Shown here: positions 20,248 to 29,835 of the stretch, piece by piece
How positions within the stretch are numbered: the stretch's first letter is position 1
Layout of the letters: every line of letters starts with the position of its first letter
DNA from: Candidatus Doudnabacteria bacterium
GTDB taxonomy: Bacteria; Patescibacteriota; Doudnabacteria; UBA920
Length of the DNA: 64,000 nt
Reading direction: 5' to 3'
Assembly (NCBI GenBank): GCA_016788665.1
Contig: JAEUSF010000003.1
Coordinates: forward strand, 35,021 to 99,020
Position numbers and translations under genes: made by a program
Notes under the pieces: generated by a model
The model's database searches: none
What the model was told of the DNA's origin: nothing
The model's input: only the letters and a program-made list of their open reading frames with translations

Positions 20248-21819
20248 ATGTATTCTCTTATAATCAAAAATGCGAAAGTAGTAGACGGCAGTGGAAAAAA
20301 TTCTTCTCCAGAACTTTTGGATGTAGCGGTGGAAAAAGACGAGATAGTAAATATTGGAAAAAATTTATCACCTAAAGCGCACAAGGTTATAGACGCAGAA
20401 GGGAAAGTTTTAGCGCCTGGGTTTGTAGATTTGCAAAACCACAGTGATAGTTATTGGCAAATTTTTGACAATCCTTCCTTAGATAGTTTGGTTAGCCAGG
20501 GCTTTACAACTATTGCCATTGGGCAGTGTGGGGCAAGTTTGGCACCTTTGGTTTCGAGTAGTGCGCCTTTAGCCATGCAAAAATGGCATAGCTTAGAAGG
20601 CGCTAATTTAAACTGGCAAACCTTTGAAGAATTTTTAAATGTGTTGTCCGAAAGAAAATACGGAACCAATGTTGCGAGTCTGGTGGGGTATGCAACTTTG
20701 AGGCGTGGTATTGTAGGGGACGAGATTCGCGCTTTAGAAAAGCCGGAGCTTGAAGCGGTAAAGAAAATATTAAAAGAAAGTTTTCAGGCGGGGGCGTTTG
20801 GTCTTTCGTCCGGCCTTTCTTACGCCCATGAAATTATTATTTCCCAGTTGGAGTTGTTTGAGCTAGCTAAATTGGTCAGTGAAAACAAAGCTTTGTTTTC
20901 TGTTCACTTAAGGAGTGAGTCCTCCGAAGCCATAGAGTCTGTAGAGGAAGTTTTAGAAATTGCCCGTTCCTCTGACTTGAACTTAAAAATTTCGCACTTA
21001 AAAATTCGCGGGGCAGCTAACTGGAAAAACCACACGCATTTGTTAGAGGTGTTGGAGAACGCATATCATAAAGGTATACGGGTGCATTTTGACTCTTATC
21101 CTTACGAAACAATTTGGCAGCCTTTGTATTCATATTTGCCAAAGTGGGCAATAGAGGGTGGTAGGAATTTAATGCTTAAGCATTTTTCTGACCCAGTTCA
21201 AAAGAACAAAATTTTAGCCTACTTAAATAGCAGCGATGTAAAATGGTCTGATATTGTACTGGCTTCCACTGGTAACCGTTTGCAGTTTTTGGGTAAGACT
21301 ATTGGTCATGTGGCAAAAAATTTAGAAATTTCTTCCGAAGCCGCTGTTCTTCATGTTTTAGAGCATGCTGGCAGTGAAGTTTTGGTTTTTGAAAAGAATT
21401 TGGACGAAAGTTCGGTGGAAGATTTTATGTATCATCCTTTAGGTTTTGTAGGCACCGACGGTGGAGGTTTTGGTATAAACCAAAAGGGCAAGCTAGTGCA
21501 TCCGCGCTGTTTTGGTACTGCACCTAAGTTTTTAAAAATGGTAATTGAGTCCTCTAAAATAACTTTGGAAGAAGCTGTTCATAAGCTAAGCGGCGGCCCG
21601 GCTCAGAAACTTGGACTGGTCGACAGAGGTTTTTTACGCATAGGTTATAAAGCCGACATGGTGTTGTTTGACCCGGAAAAAATTTCTGACAAAGCCACTT
21701 ATGAAAACCCATATCAATACAGCGAAGGCATAGAGCATGTGTTGGTAAATGGCGTGTCTGTGTTAAGCGAAGGCAAGCTTACGGGCGAACTAGGCGGCAG
21801 GGTGCTTAGGAAGAAATAG
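20248..21819 (+). CDS. Amidohydrolase-family N-acyl-D-amino-acid deacylase (D-aminoacylase)-like protein
   Basis: N-terminal IKNAKVVDGSG...PGFVDLQNHSD metal-binding motif of amidohydrolase-3/D-aminoacylase. Confidence 0.65.
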   Translation: MYSLIIKNAKVVDGSGKNSSPELLDVAVEKDEIVNIGKNLSPKAHKVIDAEGKVLAPGFVDLQNHSDSYWQIFDNPSLDSLVSQGFTTIAIGQCGASLAPLVSSSAPLAMQKWHSLEGANLNWQTFEEFLNVLSERKYGTNVASLVGYATLRRGIVGDEIRALEKPELEAVKKILKESFQAGAFGLSSGLSYAHEIIISQLELFELAKLVSENKALFSVHLRSESSEAIESVEEVLEIARSSDLNLKISHLKIRGAANWKNHTHLLEVLENAYHKGIRVHFDSYPYETIWQPLYSYLPKWAIEGGRNLMLKHFSDPVQKNKILAYLNSSDVKWSDIVLASTGNRLQFLGKTIGHVAKNLEISSEAAVLHVLEHAGSEVLVFEKNLDESSVEDFMYHPLGFVGTDGGGFGINQKGKLVHPRCFGTAPKFLKMVIESSKITLEEAVHKLSGGPAQKLGLVDRGFLRIGYKADMVLFDPEKISDKATYENPYQYSEGIEHVLVNGVSVLSEGKLTGELGGRVLRKK

Positions 21820-21920
21820 AAAAAAAGTTATGTTAGTAAAAATGGATAAAAATGGGGACATGACCCATTAATTTAGATTCAATATTTTTTGGTTATGGCT
21901 ACGTATTGTACCTTTTTTGC

Positions 21921-21954
21921 ATTTACTCCAATACTAGATAGTATTGGAGTAAAT
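21921..21954. repeat. Perfect 15-bp inverted repeat with 4-bp spacer (ATTTACTCCAATACT agat AGTATTGGAGTAAAT), just upstream of the GC-rich island A promoter
   Basis: The arms are exact reverse complements. Sits in the 260-bp AT-rich spacer at the island boundary. Confidence 0.75.
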
Positions 21955-21988
21955 GTTAAGAATCGGTTTTATTTATTTTAAGTTGCCC

Positions 21989-22018
21989 TTGTAAAAAGTT
22001 AGCAAATGTTGTATAATG
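21989..22018 (+). promoter_or_regulatory. Candidate promoter (TTGTAA-18-TATAAT) for the PEP-CTERM gene, followed by a 9-bp-stem 5' UTR hairpin (22027-22062) and GGAGGG RBS
   Basis: Hexamers and the AAATCCTTC/GAAGGATTT inverted repeat read directly. RBS at 22068-22073, ATG at 22077. Confidence 0.35.
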
Positions 22019-22076
22019 CCCTAAACAAATCCTTCAAACCTCGCTAGGTTAAGAAGGATTTTATGTTGGAGGGAAA

Positions 22077-22583
22077 ATGATTCTGTTTGTCATGCTCTTG
22101 GCAGGTAGTATGCTAGGGGCCACTCTCTCGCTCGGTACGGGGCCGACCATAGAGGTTTCGAACTTCTCGGCCGGGACGTCCGAGTTTAGTGTCCAGGTTT
22201 CGCAGCCTGGGTACAACTTTGCTGGAGTAAAAATCCAGCCGCTTGCACCGGGTCTTGACCTGGTACTGAACTCGGCTACAGTGAACGGCAATGTCGCCAC
22301 CGGCTTTTCGGTGGGTTCTTTGGACGGGGCGAAGTACATAGCCCCGGACTCGGCAACGCTGCTGTTGCCCAACTTCGCTGTTGGGACGGTGGTGTTTAAC
22401 CTCACCGCTACAGGTGCGGTCGAGGGACAGAGCCCAAGCCAGCTCTTTATGGTTTTCTTGCAAAACCAGAACAGCTACGGCTTTACGGCGTATAACACCG
22501 CCGATTCTCCGGAGCCTGCAACCTGGGCGCTCGCAGGAGCTGTGCTCCTGGTGCTTGTGGCACTGGGCAAAAAACCTAGTTAG
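22077..22583 (+). CDS. Secreted protein with signal peptide and C-terminal PEP-CTERM-type sorting signal (SPEPATWALAGAVLLVLVALGKKPS*); GC-rich gene, probably foreign
   Basis: N-terminal hydrophobic signal peptide. C-terminus is PEP + hydrophobic helix + KK, as in exosortase substrates. Gene GC is about 57% against about 39% in the flanks. Confidence 0.55.
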   Translation: MILFVMLLAGSMLGATLSLGTGPTIEVSNFSAGTSEFSVQVSQPGYNFAGVKIQPLAPGLDLVLNSATVNGNVATGFSVGSLDGAKYIAPDSATLLLPNFAVGTVVFNLTATGAVEGQSPSQLFMVFLQNQNSYGFTAYNTADSPEPATWALAGAVLLVLVALGKKPS

Positions 22584-22614
22584 CCTTCCAACTTTTGTTC
22601 GGAGGCTTTTTTAT
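22583..22614 (+). terminator. Rho-independent terminator for the PEP-CTERM gene (GCCTTCC...GGAGGC then TTTTTT)
   Basis: Hairpin followed by a T-run immediately after the stop codon. Confidence 0.5.
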
Positions 22615-22652
22615 TTGCAAAAAAATACGCTGGCAACGGTTGTCGCCAGCGT
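22615..22652 (-). terminator. Rho-independent terminator for the minus-strand gene 22680..23177 (ACGCTGGC / GCCAGCGT 8-bp stem, T-run on the minus strand)
   Basis: Perfect 8-bp stem. The A-run on the plus strand is a T-run on the minus strand. Confidence 0.5.
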
Positions 22653-22679
22653 ACAGAAGTTTCGCGAAGAGGGTCGGTA

Positions 22680-23177
22680 CTACTCTTTGAAGATCGTGGG
22701 ATAGGCCTTTTTGGCCTTTTCCCAAGCGTCGACCAGAACCTTGGGCTCCGGCGACTTGAGAGTGAGATCGGTTTCCCGAATTACGCTCTTGAACCGCTCG
22801 CAGTCTTCGGTCTCGAACGGGAAGGCAGCTCCTTCCTTGCATCCCGACGTGACTTCAATTTGGAGGCTCGTCCGGCTGTCTTCCAGCATCCTTCTTACGA
22901 CTTGGATCACGGTTCTTTGCGAACCGATCATACGGTTGATGCTCTGCAGAACTTCATGGTCTCCGAAGACAAGTCCTTTTTCCAGATCCTGGCCGCTGAC
23001 TTTTAGCTTACTCTGGAAGGTTTGGAGCTTTCCGCTCCATTCTTTGATAACCCGGACTTCGTTCCGGGCCGTCTCCAGCCTCATCTTGCCCATTTGGGCA
23101 AGAGGGTCTTCCTGCCCAAAGGCCGCGGAGGCGGCCAATACCAACACCAACCACAACACGATCATAACGCGTTTCAT
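22680..23177 (-). CDS. GC-rich secreted hypothetical protein (signal peptide MKRVMIVLWLVLVLAASAAFGQ, two Cys)
   Basis: Convergent with the PEP-CTERM gene and of similar elevated GC. Its upstream region carries CTCTTCG..CGAAGAG / TTCGCGAA palindromes. Confidence 0.5.
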   Translation of the reverse strand: MKRVMIVLWLVLVLAASAAFGQEDPLAQMGKMRLETARNEVRVIKEWSGKLQTFQSKLKVSGQDLEKGLVFGDHEVLQSINRMIGSQRTVIQVVRRMLEDSRTSLQIEVTSGCKEGAAFPFETEDCERFKSVIRETDLTLKSPEPKVLVDAWEKAKKAYPTIFKE

Positions 23178-23429
23178 TTGCTCTCTCTTCTGGTAGTAGT
23201 GTCTCTTCGTATTCGCGAAGAGCAGGCTGTGGGCCTTCTAAAAGACCCTAAAACTGCTCTTCGCGAAAAATATAGGCCTCCTTATACTTGAGTGTAATTA
23301 TAGCATATTTAGAATAAAAAGTCAATGTGCTCGTACGTACAAAAAAAACTTATAAACATTGGTGTATATGAACCAGCTTAATATTTTAGATTTGGCTAAA
23401 AATATGGTAAAATTAATAATATTTTTGGC

Positions 23430-24806
23430 ATGGAAATTAAAGATTTAAAAGACAAATTGGTCGCTGTTTTAGGCTTTGGCCTAGAAGGTCAGGCGACGAC
23501 AAAGTATTTGCTCAAGCACGGTGTAAAACCCGTGCTGTTTGACGAAAGGCCTTTGGAAAGTTTTGAAGCAGGTGAGCAGGATTTTATAAAGGCAGAAAAT
23601 TTGAATTTTATTTTTGGTCCGCAGGCTTTTTTGGAACTAAAAGGTTTTGACGTAGTTTTTAGGAGTCCCGGCATTAAGCTGTCTGAAATACAAGACAAGG
23701 TTTCGACTAAAACTGTAATTACTTCCCAAACAAAATATTTTTTTGAACATTGTCCTGCAAAAATAATTGGCGTAACCGGAACAAAAGGCAAAGGTACTAC
23801 AGCTTCTTTAATTTTCGAAATTCTACAAGCTACCAGCTACAAGCTACCACCTAGTGTTTATTTAACTGGCAATATTGGCAATGTTCAGCCTTTAGAAATA
23901 CTAGATGAACTTAAAAAGGAAGATGTGGTTGTGTATGAACTTTCGAGTTTTCAGTTGCAAGACTTAACTCAGAGCCCGCATATTGGAGTTTGTTTAATGG
24001 TTACCAGTGAGCATTTGGACTATCATAAAAGCGTGGAGGAGTATTGGCAAGCAAAGTCTGCTATAACACGATTTCAGACAAAAAATAACTTTACTGTTGT
24101 AAACGTGGATTACGAGGGGTCAAAATATATTGGTAGTTTAGGCGAAGGGATAAAAATATTCGTGAGTACAAAGCAAGTCTTACAAGAAGGTGTTTGTTTG
24201 GACGGCGAAAAAATTAAAGCAGTTTTTGGTTCGTTGAACTTAAGTATTCCGTTGCCAGTTGTAAGGTTAAGGGGTAGGCATAACTTAGAAAACATTCTAG
24301 CGAGCATTGCGGCCTGTTTGGCTTTGGGTTATGAAGTGCAGAGTATTTTAGAAACTGTAAAAAATTTTAATGGGTTGGAACACAGGCTTGAATTTGTTGG
24401 AGAAAAAAACGGAGTTAAGTACTATAACGACTCTTTTTCCACAACGCCTGACACTGCTATTGCAGCTTTGGAGAGTTTTTCTGAAAAAATTGTGGTCATA
24501 TTGGGCGGTTCTAGCAAAAAAAGTAACTTTGCCGTATTGGGAGAGAAGTTAAATACCGCTAATAATATAAGAGGTGTTGTACTGGTTGGCGACGAGGGTT
24601 CTAACATAAAAGCCCAGATAAAAAATTCAGCAATACAAATTTTAGAAGGGGCAAAGAATATGGCCGAAATTGTTAAGCAGGCAAATAGTTTGGCGGAGTC
24701 CGGTGACGTGGTTTTATTGTCCCCGGCTTGTGTGTCGTTTGGAATGTTTAAAAACTATAAGGACAGGGGAGAGCAGTTTAAATATCAAATATCAAATAAC
24801 AAGTGA
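23430..24806 (+). CDS. murD: UDP-N-acetylmuramoylalanine--D-glutamate ligase (MurD)
   Basis: Mur ligase P-loop IIGVTGTKGKGTT. The dcw-cluster context (mraY upstream, ftsW downstream) points to MurD. Confidence 0.85.
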   Translation: MEIKDLKDKLVAVLGFGLEGQATTKYLLKHGVKPVLFDERPLESFEAGEQDFIKAENLNFIFGPQAFLELKGFDVVFRSPGIKLSEIQDKVSTKTVITSQTKYFFEHCPAKIIGVTGTKGKGTTASLIFEILQATSYKLPPSVYLTGNIGNVQPLEILDELKKEDVVVYELSSFQLQDLTQSPHIGVCLMVTSEHLDYHKSVEEYWQAKSAITRFQTKNNFTVVNVDYEGSKYIGSLGEGIKIFVSTKQVLQEGVCLDGEKIKAVFGSLNLSIPLPVVRLRGRHNLENILASIAACLALGYEVQSILETVKNFNGLEHRLEFVGEKNGVKYYNDSFSTTPDTAIAALESFSEKIVVILGGSSKKSNFAVLGEKLNTANNIRGVVLVGDEGSNIKAQIKNSAIQILEGAKNMAEIVKQANSLAESGDVVLLSPACVSFGMFKNYKDRGEQFKYQISNNK

Positions 24807-24922
24807 TGGGTGATGGGATGAATCGCGAATAACAAATTTTAAATTATAAACGGAAAGTTTGGAGGATTATACTACTTCTTACTAATATCCTTTATGCTTA
24901 CTGCATCAGACAGAAAAAACAA

Positions 24923-26038
24923 ATGAAAAAGGAGATTTTAAAAACAAAGCGGTCCAAGTTAGACATTGAGCTGTTGCTTATTGCCGGTTTTTTAATATCT
25001 TTCGGGCTCATTGCTTTATATTCAGCTTCTACAGTCGTTTCTTATAAAAAATTTGGCGTGACAACTAAAAATATTGCCCACCAAATAACTAACGGCGGGT
25101 TAATTGGGTTATTGGCTTTAATTTTTTTGTATAAGATTGATTATCATATTTACAAAAAGTTTCTCCCGTATTTGCTGGGCGCTTCGGTTGTTCTTTTGCT
25201 TATGGTAAAGTTTAGTTCATTTGGTTATAGTGCCGGGGGTGCTAGCAGATGGCTTGATTTTGGCTTTATAACTTTTCAACCTTCCGAGCTTATAAAAATT
25301 ACCACAGTGGTGTATATGGCTGCTTGGCTGGAAAGAAAAAAACATTTATTAAATGACTTTTGGCAAGGTTTGTTGCCAAACTTAATAGTGGTGGGTTTAA
25401 TAGCTGGTCTAATATTGGCTCAGCCAGATTTTGGCACCATGCTTGTTGTTATTGCGATTGCTGCAGCCATGCTGTTTGCGGGAGGTTTAAGCTGGCGGTA
25501 CGTTCTGGCAGGTTTTTTTAGCTTAATCTTGGTTTTATACTTATTTATACATTTTGAACCGTATAGGGCAGAGCGCATGATGACTTTTTTAAACCCTGAA
25601 ATAGACCCACGCGGCATAAGTTATCAGGTTAACCAGTCTATTCTTGCCATAGGGGCGGGAGGGCAGTGGGGTTATGGTTATGGTTTGTCCAGGCAGAAGC
25701 ATAATTATTTACCGGCTACTTACACTGATTCAATTTTTGCTGTAACATCGGAGGAATTGGGGTTTTGGCGTGCAAGTTTAATTGTTTTGGGTTTTTTGGC
25801 ACTCGCCATTAAGGGTTTAAAAATTGCAAAAAGCGCACCCGACGTTTTTGGAAGCATGCTAGCGGTTGGAATAACCACCTGGCTTACCGTGCAGGCTATA
25901 GTTAACATTGGCGCTTTGTCTGGCCTTTTGCCTTTGACTGGTATTCCTTTGCCATTTTTTTCGTATGGAAGCACAGCTCTTATAGTTAATATGGCCGCGC
26001 TTGGCATATTACTTAATGTTTCAAAGTATTCTAAATGA
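24923..26038 (+). CDS. ftsW: SEDS family peptidoglycan glycosyltransferase FtsW/RodA
   Basis: 10-TM SEDS protein in dcw context. Confidence 0.85.
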   Translation: MKKEILKTKRSKLDIELLLIAGFLISFGLIALYSASTVVSYKKFGVTTKNIAHQITNGGLIGLLALIFLYKIDYHIYKKFLPYLLGASVVLLLMVKFSSFGYSAGGASRWLDFGFITFQPSELIKITTVVYMAAWLERKKHLLNDFWQGLLPNLIVVGLIAGLILAQPDFGTMLVVIAIAAAMLFAGGLSWRYVLAGFFSLILVLYLFIHFEPYRAERMMTFLNPEIDPRGISYQVNQSILAIGAGGQWGYGYGLSRQKHNYLPATYTDSIFAVTSEELGFWRASLIVLGFLALAIKGLKIAKSAPDVFGSMLAVGITTWLTVQAIVNIGALSGLLPLTGIPLPFFSYGSTALIVNMAALGILLNVSKYSK

Positions 26039-28206
26039 GAAAAGAACAGTTTAAAATTTATTTTCACCAGCATTATTTTCATAAGCTGATAGCTCCGAAA
26101 AGGCAACGTGGATTGTTTAAAACAATTTTTTCCGCTTTGTTTTATGCTGTGCGGTTTTTGTTTTTAGGGTTGTATGGACTTTGTTATTTGGTTGGGGAAG
26201 GCGTGCTGCTTTTTTTGCAAAAAGCCGTCACAGTTTTTATTCGCGATGTTATTAAGACCAAAGAAGTTTTATTACTTAGGGCAAAGCGGGCAAATTCGCG
26301 AGACTTTTTGGCGAACCATGTCTCACTAACCATGGCTGTTATTTGCATAGGTATTTTGTTTAGCGGTTTTGGGCTCTTTGCCCAAGGCCTTGAGCTAAAA
26401 GAAAATGTTTTAAATATATTTGGCCAGGGCAAGACCGACCTCGAAACCGCTCAGGCTCTTTTAAAAGAGCAAAAAACTGAAGCGGCCAGGCAAAGCTTGT
26501 ATGGCGCCATGAAAAATTTTCAGGCGGCTCAAAATCATATAAAGCAAACAAATACTGAATTAAAATTAATTCTCTCTTTTTTACCTCAAGGGGCAGATGC
26601 GAAAAAAATATTGGAGGCTTCTGAAAAGGTTTCTGAAGGCGGCCAAAGCCTTTTAGTCTTTTACGAAAATTTTAAATTGTTAAAATTCACGCCCGAGGGT
26701 ATTTCTTCTGCCGAAGAAAACCAAAAAGTTTTACAAAGTTCTGAGCAAGAAGTCAAAAAAGCAACCGCGAGTTTAAGAAAGGCCAGTGAGCTGCTTTCTT
26801 CAATAAACATAAAAAGTGTTCCGGAAAATTATAGAGCGGAATTTTTACAAGCAAAGAAACTAGCGGAAAATGTTTCTGGCATAAGTCAGACATTTGAGGA
26901 AATTTTTAGCTTGTTTAATTCGGTTTTGTCGCATTCGTCCAATATTTTGTTAGTGTTGCAAAACAACAACGAGCTTAGGCCAAGCGGCGGGTTTATTGGA
27001 AGTTTTGCTGCTATTAAACAAAGTTATGGCAAAATGTCCAGTATAAAACTCGGGAGTATATATGACCTTGACGGGCAATTAAAAGATAAAATTTTGCCCC
27101 CCATGCCAATGTTTGCCGTAAATGACAGATGGTATTTAAGAGACAGTAACTGGTTTTTAGACTTTAAAAAGTCTGCTAAGAAAATTACAGAATTTTATGA
27201 GAAAGAGGGCGGGGAAACCCCTGATTTGGTAGTTGCTCTAACGCCGAATTTAATAATTGACCTTTTAAAAATTACAGGTCCTGTAGAATTACCAAAATAT
27301 AAAATTTTACTTGACTCTGAAAATTTTGTGGAACGAACTCAGGTGCTCACAGAAATGGATATGACAACTCCAGAAAACACTCCTAAGCAGTTTTTGGCTG
27401 ACTTAATGCCGGTGCTTTTAGAAAGGCTTGGGCGTGTAAAATTTGAACAGTTCGACCAGCTAACGGAGAGCTTGTTTAAGAATTTATCCGAAAAGCATTT
27501 GCAAATTTACTCCCGCTATGAAAATATTCAAGAACGTCTAGAAGCATTTAACTGGGCTGGTAGAGTATACGAATCTGATTCTGACTATTTGGCCGTGGTT
27601 TCTAGTAATTTGGGCGGAACTAAGACGGACTTGTATGTAGAGCAGTCTATAAAGCTAGATGTAAGGCTCGAGGAAGACAAAGCAGTTAAAGAACTTACTT
27701 TAACTTTTAAAAACACATTGCCGGAACTCGAAAATACTTTTAACAAACGCTTTATAAGAATAATGGTTCCAAAAAATTCTAAACTCAAAAGTGTGAGGGG
27801 GTTTGATTATGTAAATTTGGAAAGGCCCGATGCGAAAGATTATAAAATTGACCCTGATGCTAAGGAGTGGGATGAAAATACTTCACGCAATATAGTAACG
27901 GGTACTTTAGTTGGTGAAGAGTCGGGCAAAACATTTTTTGGTAACTGGTTAACTCTGAAAGGCGGACAGGAAAGGGTGGTAAAAATTGTTTACGAAACTC
28001 CTTTGAGGTATGAAAAGTTTTTTAATTATAGTCTGCTTTTGCAAAAGCAACCTGGCGCAGAAGCTTCGGATTTCGAGTTAAATATTTTTCTGGGAGGCAA
28101 AAAGTTAATTTGGAGCAGTGATGGTATGGTGGTAGATGGTTTGTTTAAATTAAAATTTATATTAAATCAGGACCGCTTGCTCGGCTTGGTTTTGCAGCAG
28201 CCTTGA
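26035..28206 (+). CDS. Large membrane-anchored hypothetical protein (723 aa), possibly DUF4012-like (NNELRPSGGFIGSFAAIK)
   Basis: N-terminal TM segments and a long extracytoplasmic coiled/helical region. Sits between ftsW and murJ, overlapping the ftsW stop. Confidence 0.5.
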   Translation: MRKEQFKIYFHQHYFHKLIAPKRQRGLFKTIFSALFYAVRFLFLGLYGLCYLVGEGVLLFLQKAVTVFIRDVIKTKEVLLLRAKRANSRDFLANHVSLTMAVICIGILFSGFGLFAQGLELKENVLNIFGQGKTDLETAQALLKEQKTEAARQSLYGAMKNFQAAQNHIKQTNTELKLILSFLPQGADAKKILEASEKVSEGGQSLLVFYENFKLLKFTPEGISSAEENQKVLQSSEQEVKKATASLRKASELLSSINIKSVPENYRAEFLQAKKLAENVSGISQTFEEIFSLFNSVLSHSSNILLVLQNNNELRPSGGFIGSFAAIKQSYGKMSSIKLGSIYDLDGQLKDKILPPMPMFAVNDRWYLRDSNWFLDFKKSAKKITEFYEKEGGETPDLVVALTPNLIIDLLKITGPVELPKYKILLDSENFVERTQVLTEMDMTTPENTPKQFLADLMPVLLERLGRVKFEQFDQLTESLFKNLSEKHLQIYSRYENIQERLEAFNWAGRVYESDSDYLAVVSSNLGGTKTDLYVEQSIKLDVRLEEDKAVKELTLTFKNTLPELENTFNKRFIRIMVPKNSKLKSVRGFDYVNLERPDAKDYKIDPDAKEWDENTSRNIVTGTLVGEESGKTFFGNWLTLKGGQERVVKIVYETPLRYEKFFNYSLLLQKQPGAEASDFELNIFLGGKKLIWSSDGMVVDGLFKLKFILNQDRLLGLVLQQP

Positions 28207-28221
28207 TTCAGAATTGCATAA

Positions 28222-29835
28222 ATGATAAAGTATATAAAAATTTTGGAGTCAGATTTTACAGTTGGCAAAGCAGCTATTATTATTGGGTTTTTTAGTTTTG
28301 CGACAAAACTAGCAGCACTTTTTAGAGAAAGACTGTTTGCTTCTTATTTTGGCCAGGGCCCACTGCTCGATAGTTATTTTTCGGCTTTTCGTATACCGGA
28401 TTTTGTAACAAATTTGTTTGTTTTAAGTACTCTCTCGGTAGCTTTTTTGCCAGTATTTGCTAGGGAAAAAAAAGCCAGCAGGGAAGAAGCGGAAAAGTTT
28501 GCTAACACTTGTTTAGATTTTGGGCTTTTGTTTGTGGGGGCAGTGTGTCTGATTTTATTTGTTTTTTCTAAACCTATGACCCAATATTTGGTTCCGGGTT
28601 TCTCTGGCCAACAGCTACAAGATACGCTAAAGTTAACCCGTTTATTTTTGCTAACTCCAATTATTTTTACAGCTTCAACTATTTTTGGCGGAGTTTTAAA
28701 CGCGAAAAAAAAGTTTATAATAACCAGCTTGGCGCCACTGCTTTATAATTTGGGTATAATTTTCGGGATTGTTTTCTTATTTGGACGTTTTGGCATTTTG
28801 GGGCTAGGATATGGAGTTATTTTAGGGGCCTTGGCCCAGTTATTTGTTCAGGTTTACACGGTATGGTCGGGTGGCTTTTCTTTAAAATGGAGTTTTAATT
28901 CTAAGTTGCCGGCATTCCGCGAAATGTTGCAAATGTATTTGCCAAGAATTTTTACTTTTGACTTGGCAAATGTGACTTTGCTTCTAACCACAATTTTTGC
29001 GTCTTTGGTAGTGCCTGGATCTATAACCGCGGTGAATCAGTCTTTTAACTTACAGTCTGTTCCGATTGGAATATTTGCGTTTGCTTTGTCGTCGGCGGTG
29101 TTTCCGGTTTTTAGCGAACATTTTGCAAATAAAAACGAAATTGGGTATGCCAATAGTTTAAAAAAATCTGTACGTCAAATTTTGTTTCTAATGGTTCCCG
29201 CTACTGTTTTTCTGGTAATTTTTAGAGCTTACGTTGTTAGGCTTGTTTTAGGGGCGGGGAATTTTAGCTGGGAAGACACTGTCACAACTTTTACCTTTTT
29301 AGGTATTTTTGCTTTCTCGCTTGTAAGCCAGAGCCTTACCACTTTGCTTTCCAGGGCTTTTTTTGCAAGACATAATACCAAAACCCCTGTGAAGGCAAAC
29401 TTGGTGTCTGTGGCAATAAACATTGTTTTGTCTTATGTATTGTTTCAGAGGTTGGGTACGGAAGGTTTGGTTTTAGGATTTGTATTTTCTAGCATTTTTA
29501 ATGCATCGTACCTGGCTCTTTCCTTAAGGGATATACTGCGAAAACAGGCAGGTGTTCAGGTGGTTTATGAGTTAGAAAAATTTGTGCTTGTGGGTTTAAA
29601 TAAAATAATTATGTCTTCGGTCATAGGGGGCGCGGTTAGCTACGGCTTAATTTATGCTCTGGAGCCTTTTGTTTACACTAATACTTTTTTTGGTATATTG
29701 GTTCAGGCTGCATTAGCTGGAGCTGGTGGAGTTGCGGTATATTTGTTTGCCTCGTTTAAGTTAGGTTTAGTGGAGGCTCAGGCGGTATATATTGCAGTAA
29801 GTAAACTGCTGCCAAATAAAAAACCCTCTTTTTAA
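28222..29835 (+). CDS. murJ: Lipid II flippase MurJ (MviN)
   Basis: 14-TM MOP-superfamily protein with a MurJ-like N-terminus (FRERLFASYFGQGPLLDSYFSAFRIPDF). Confidence 0.9.
   Translation: MIKYIKILESDFTVGKAAIIIGFFSFATKLAALFRERLFASYFGQGPLLDSYFSAFRIPDFVTNLFVLSTLSVAFLPVFAREKKASREEAEKFANTCLDFGLLFVGAVCLILFVFSKPMTQYLVPGFSGQQLQDTLKLTRLFLLTPIIFTASTIFGGVLNAKKKFIITSLAPLLYNLGIIFGIVFLFGRFGILGLGYGVILGALAQLFVQVYTVWSGGFSLKWSFNSKLPAFREMLQMYLPRIFTFDLANVTLLLTTIFASLVVPGSITAVNQSFNLQSVPIGIFAFALSSAVFPVFSEHFANKNEIGYANSLKKSVRQILFLMVPATVFLVIFRAYVVRLVLGAGNFSWEDTVTTFTFLGIFAFSLVSQSLTTLLSRAFFARHNTKTPVKANLVSVAINIVLSYVLFQRLGTEGLVLGFVFSSIFNASYLALSLRDILRKQAGVQVVYELEKFVLVGLNKIIMSSVIGGAVSYGLIYALEPFVYTNTFFGILVQAALAGAGGVAVYLFASFKLGLVEAQAVYIAVSKLLPNKKPSF

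Noticed and set aside
22061-23291. Six overlapping ORFs on both strands inside GC-rich island A (22061..22405-, 22113..22463-, 22381..22704+, 22576..22842-, 22711..23196+, 23022..23291+)
   Set aside because: High GC suppresses stop codons and creates long spurious frames. They overlap the two genes that have signal peptides, RBS and terminators, and their products are Arg/Pro-rich low-complexity.
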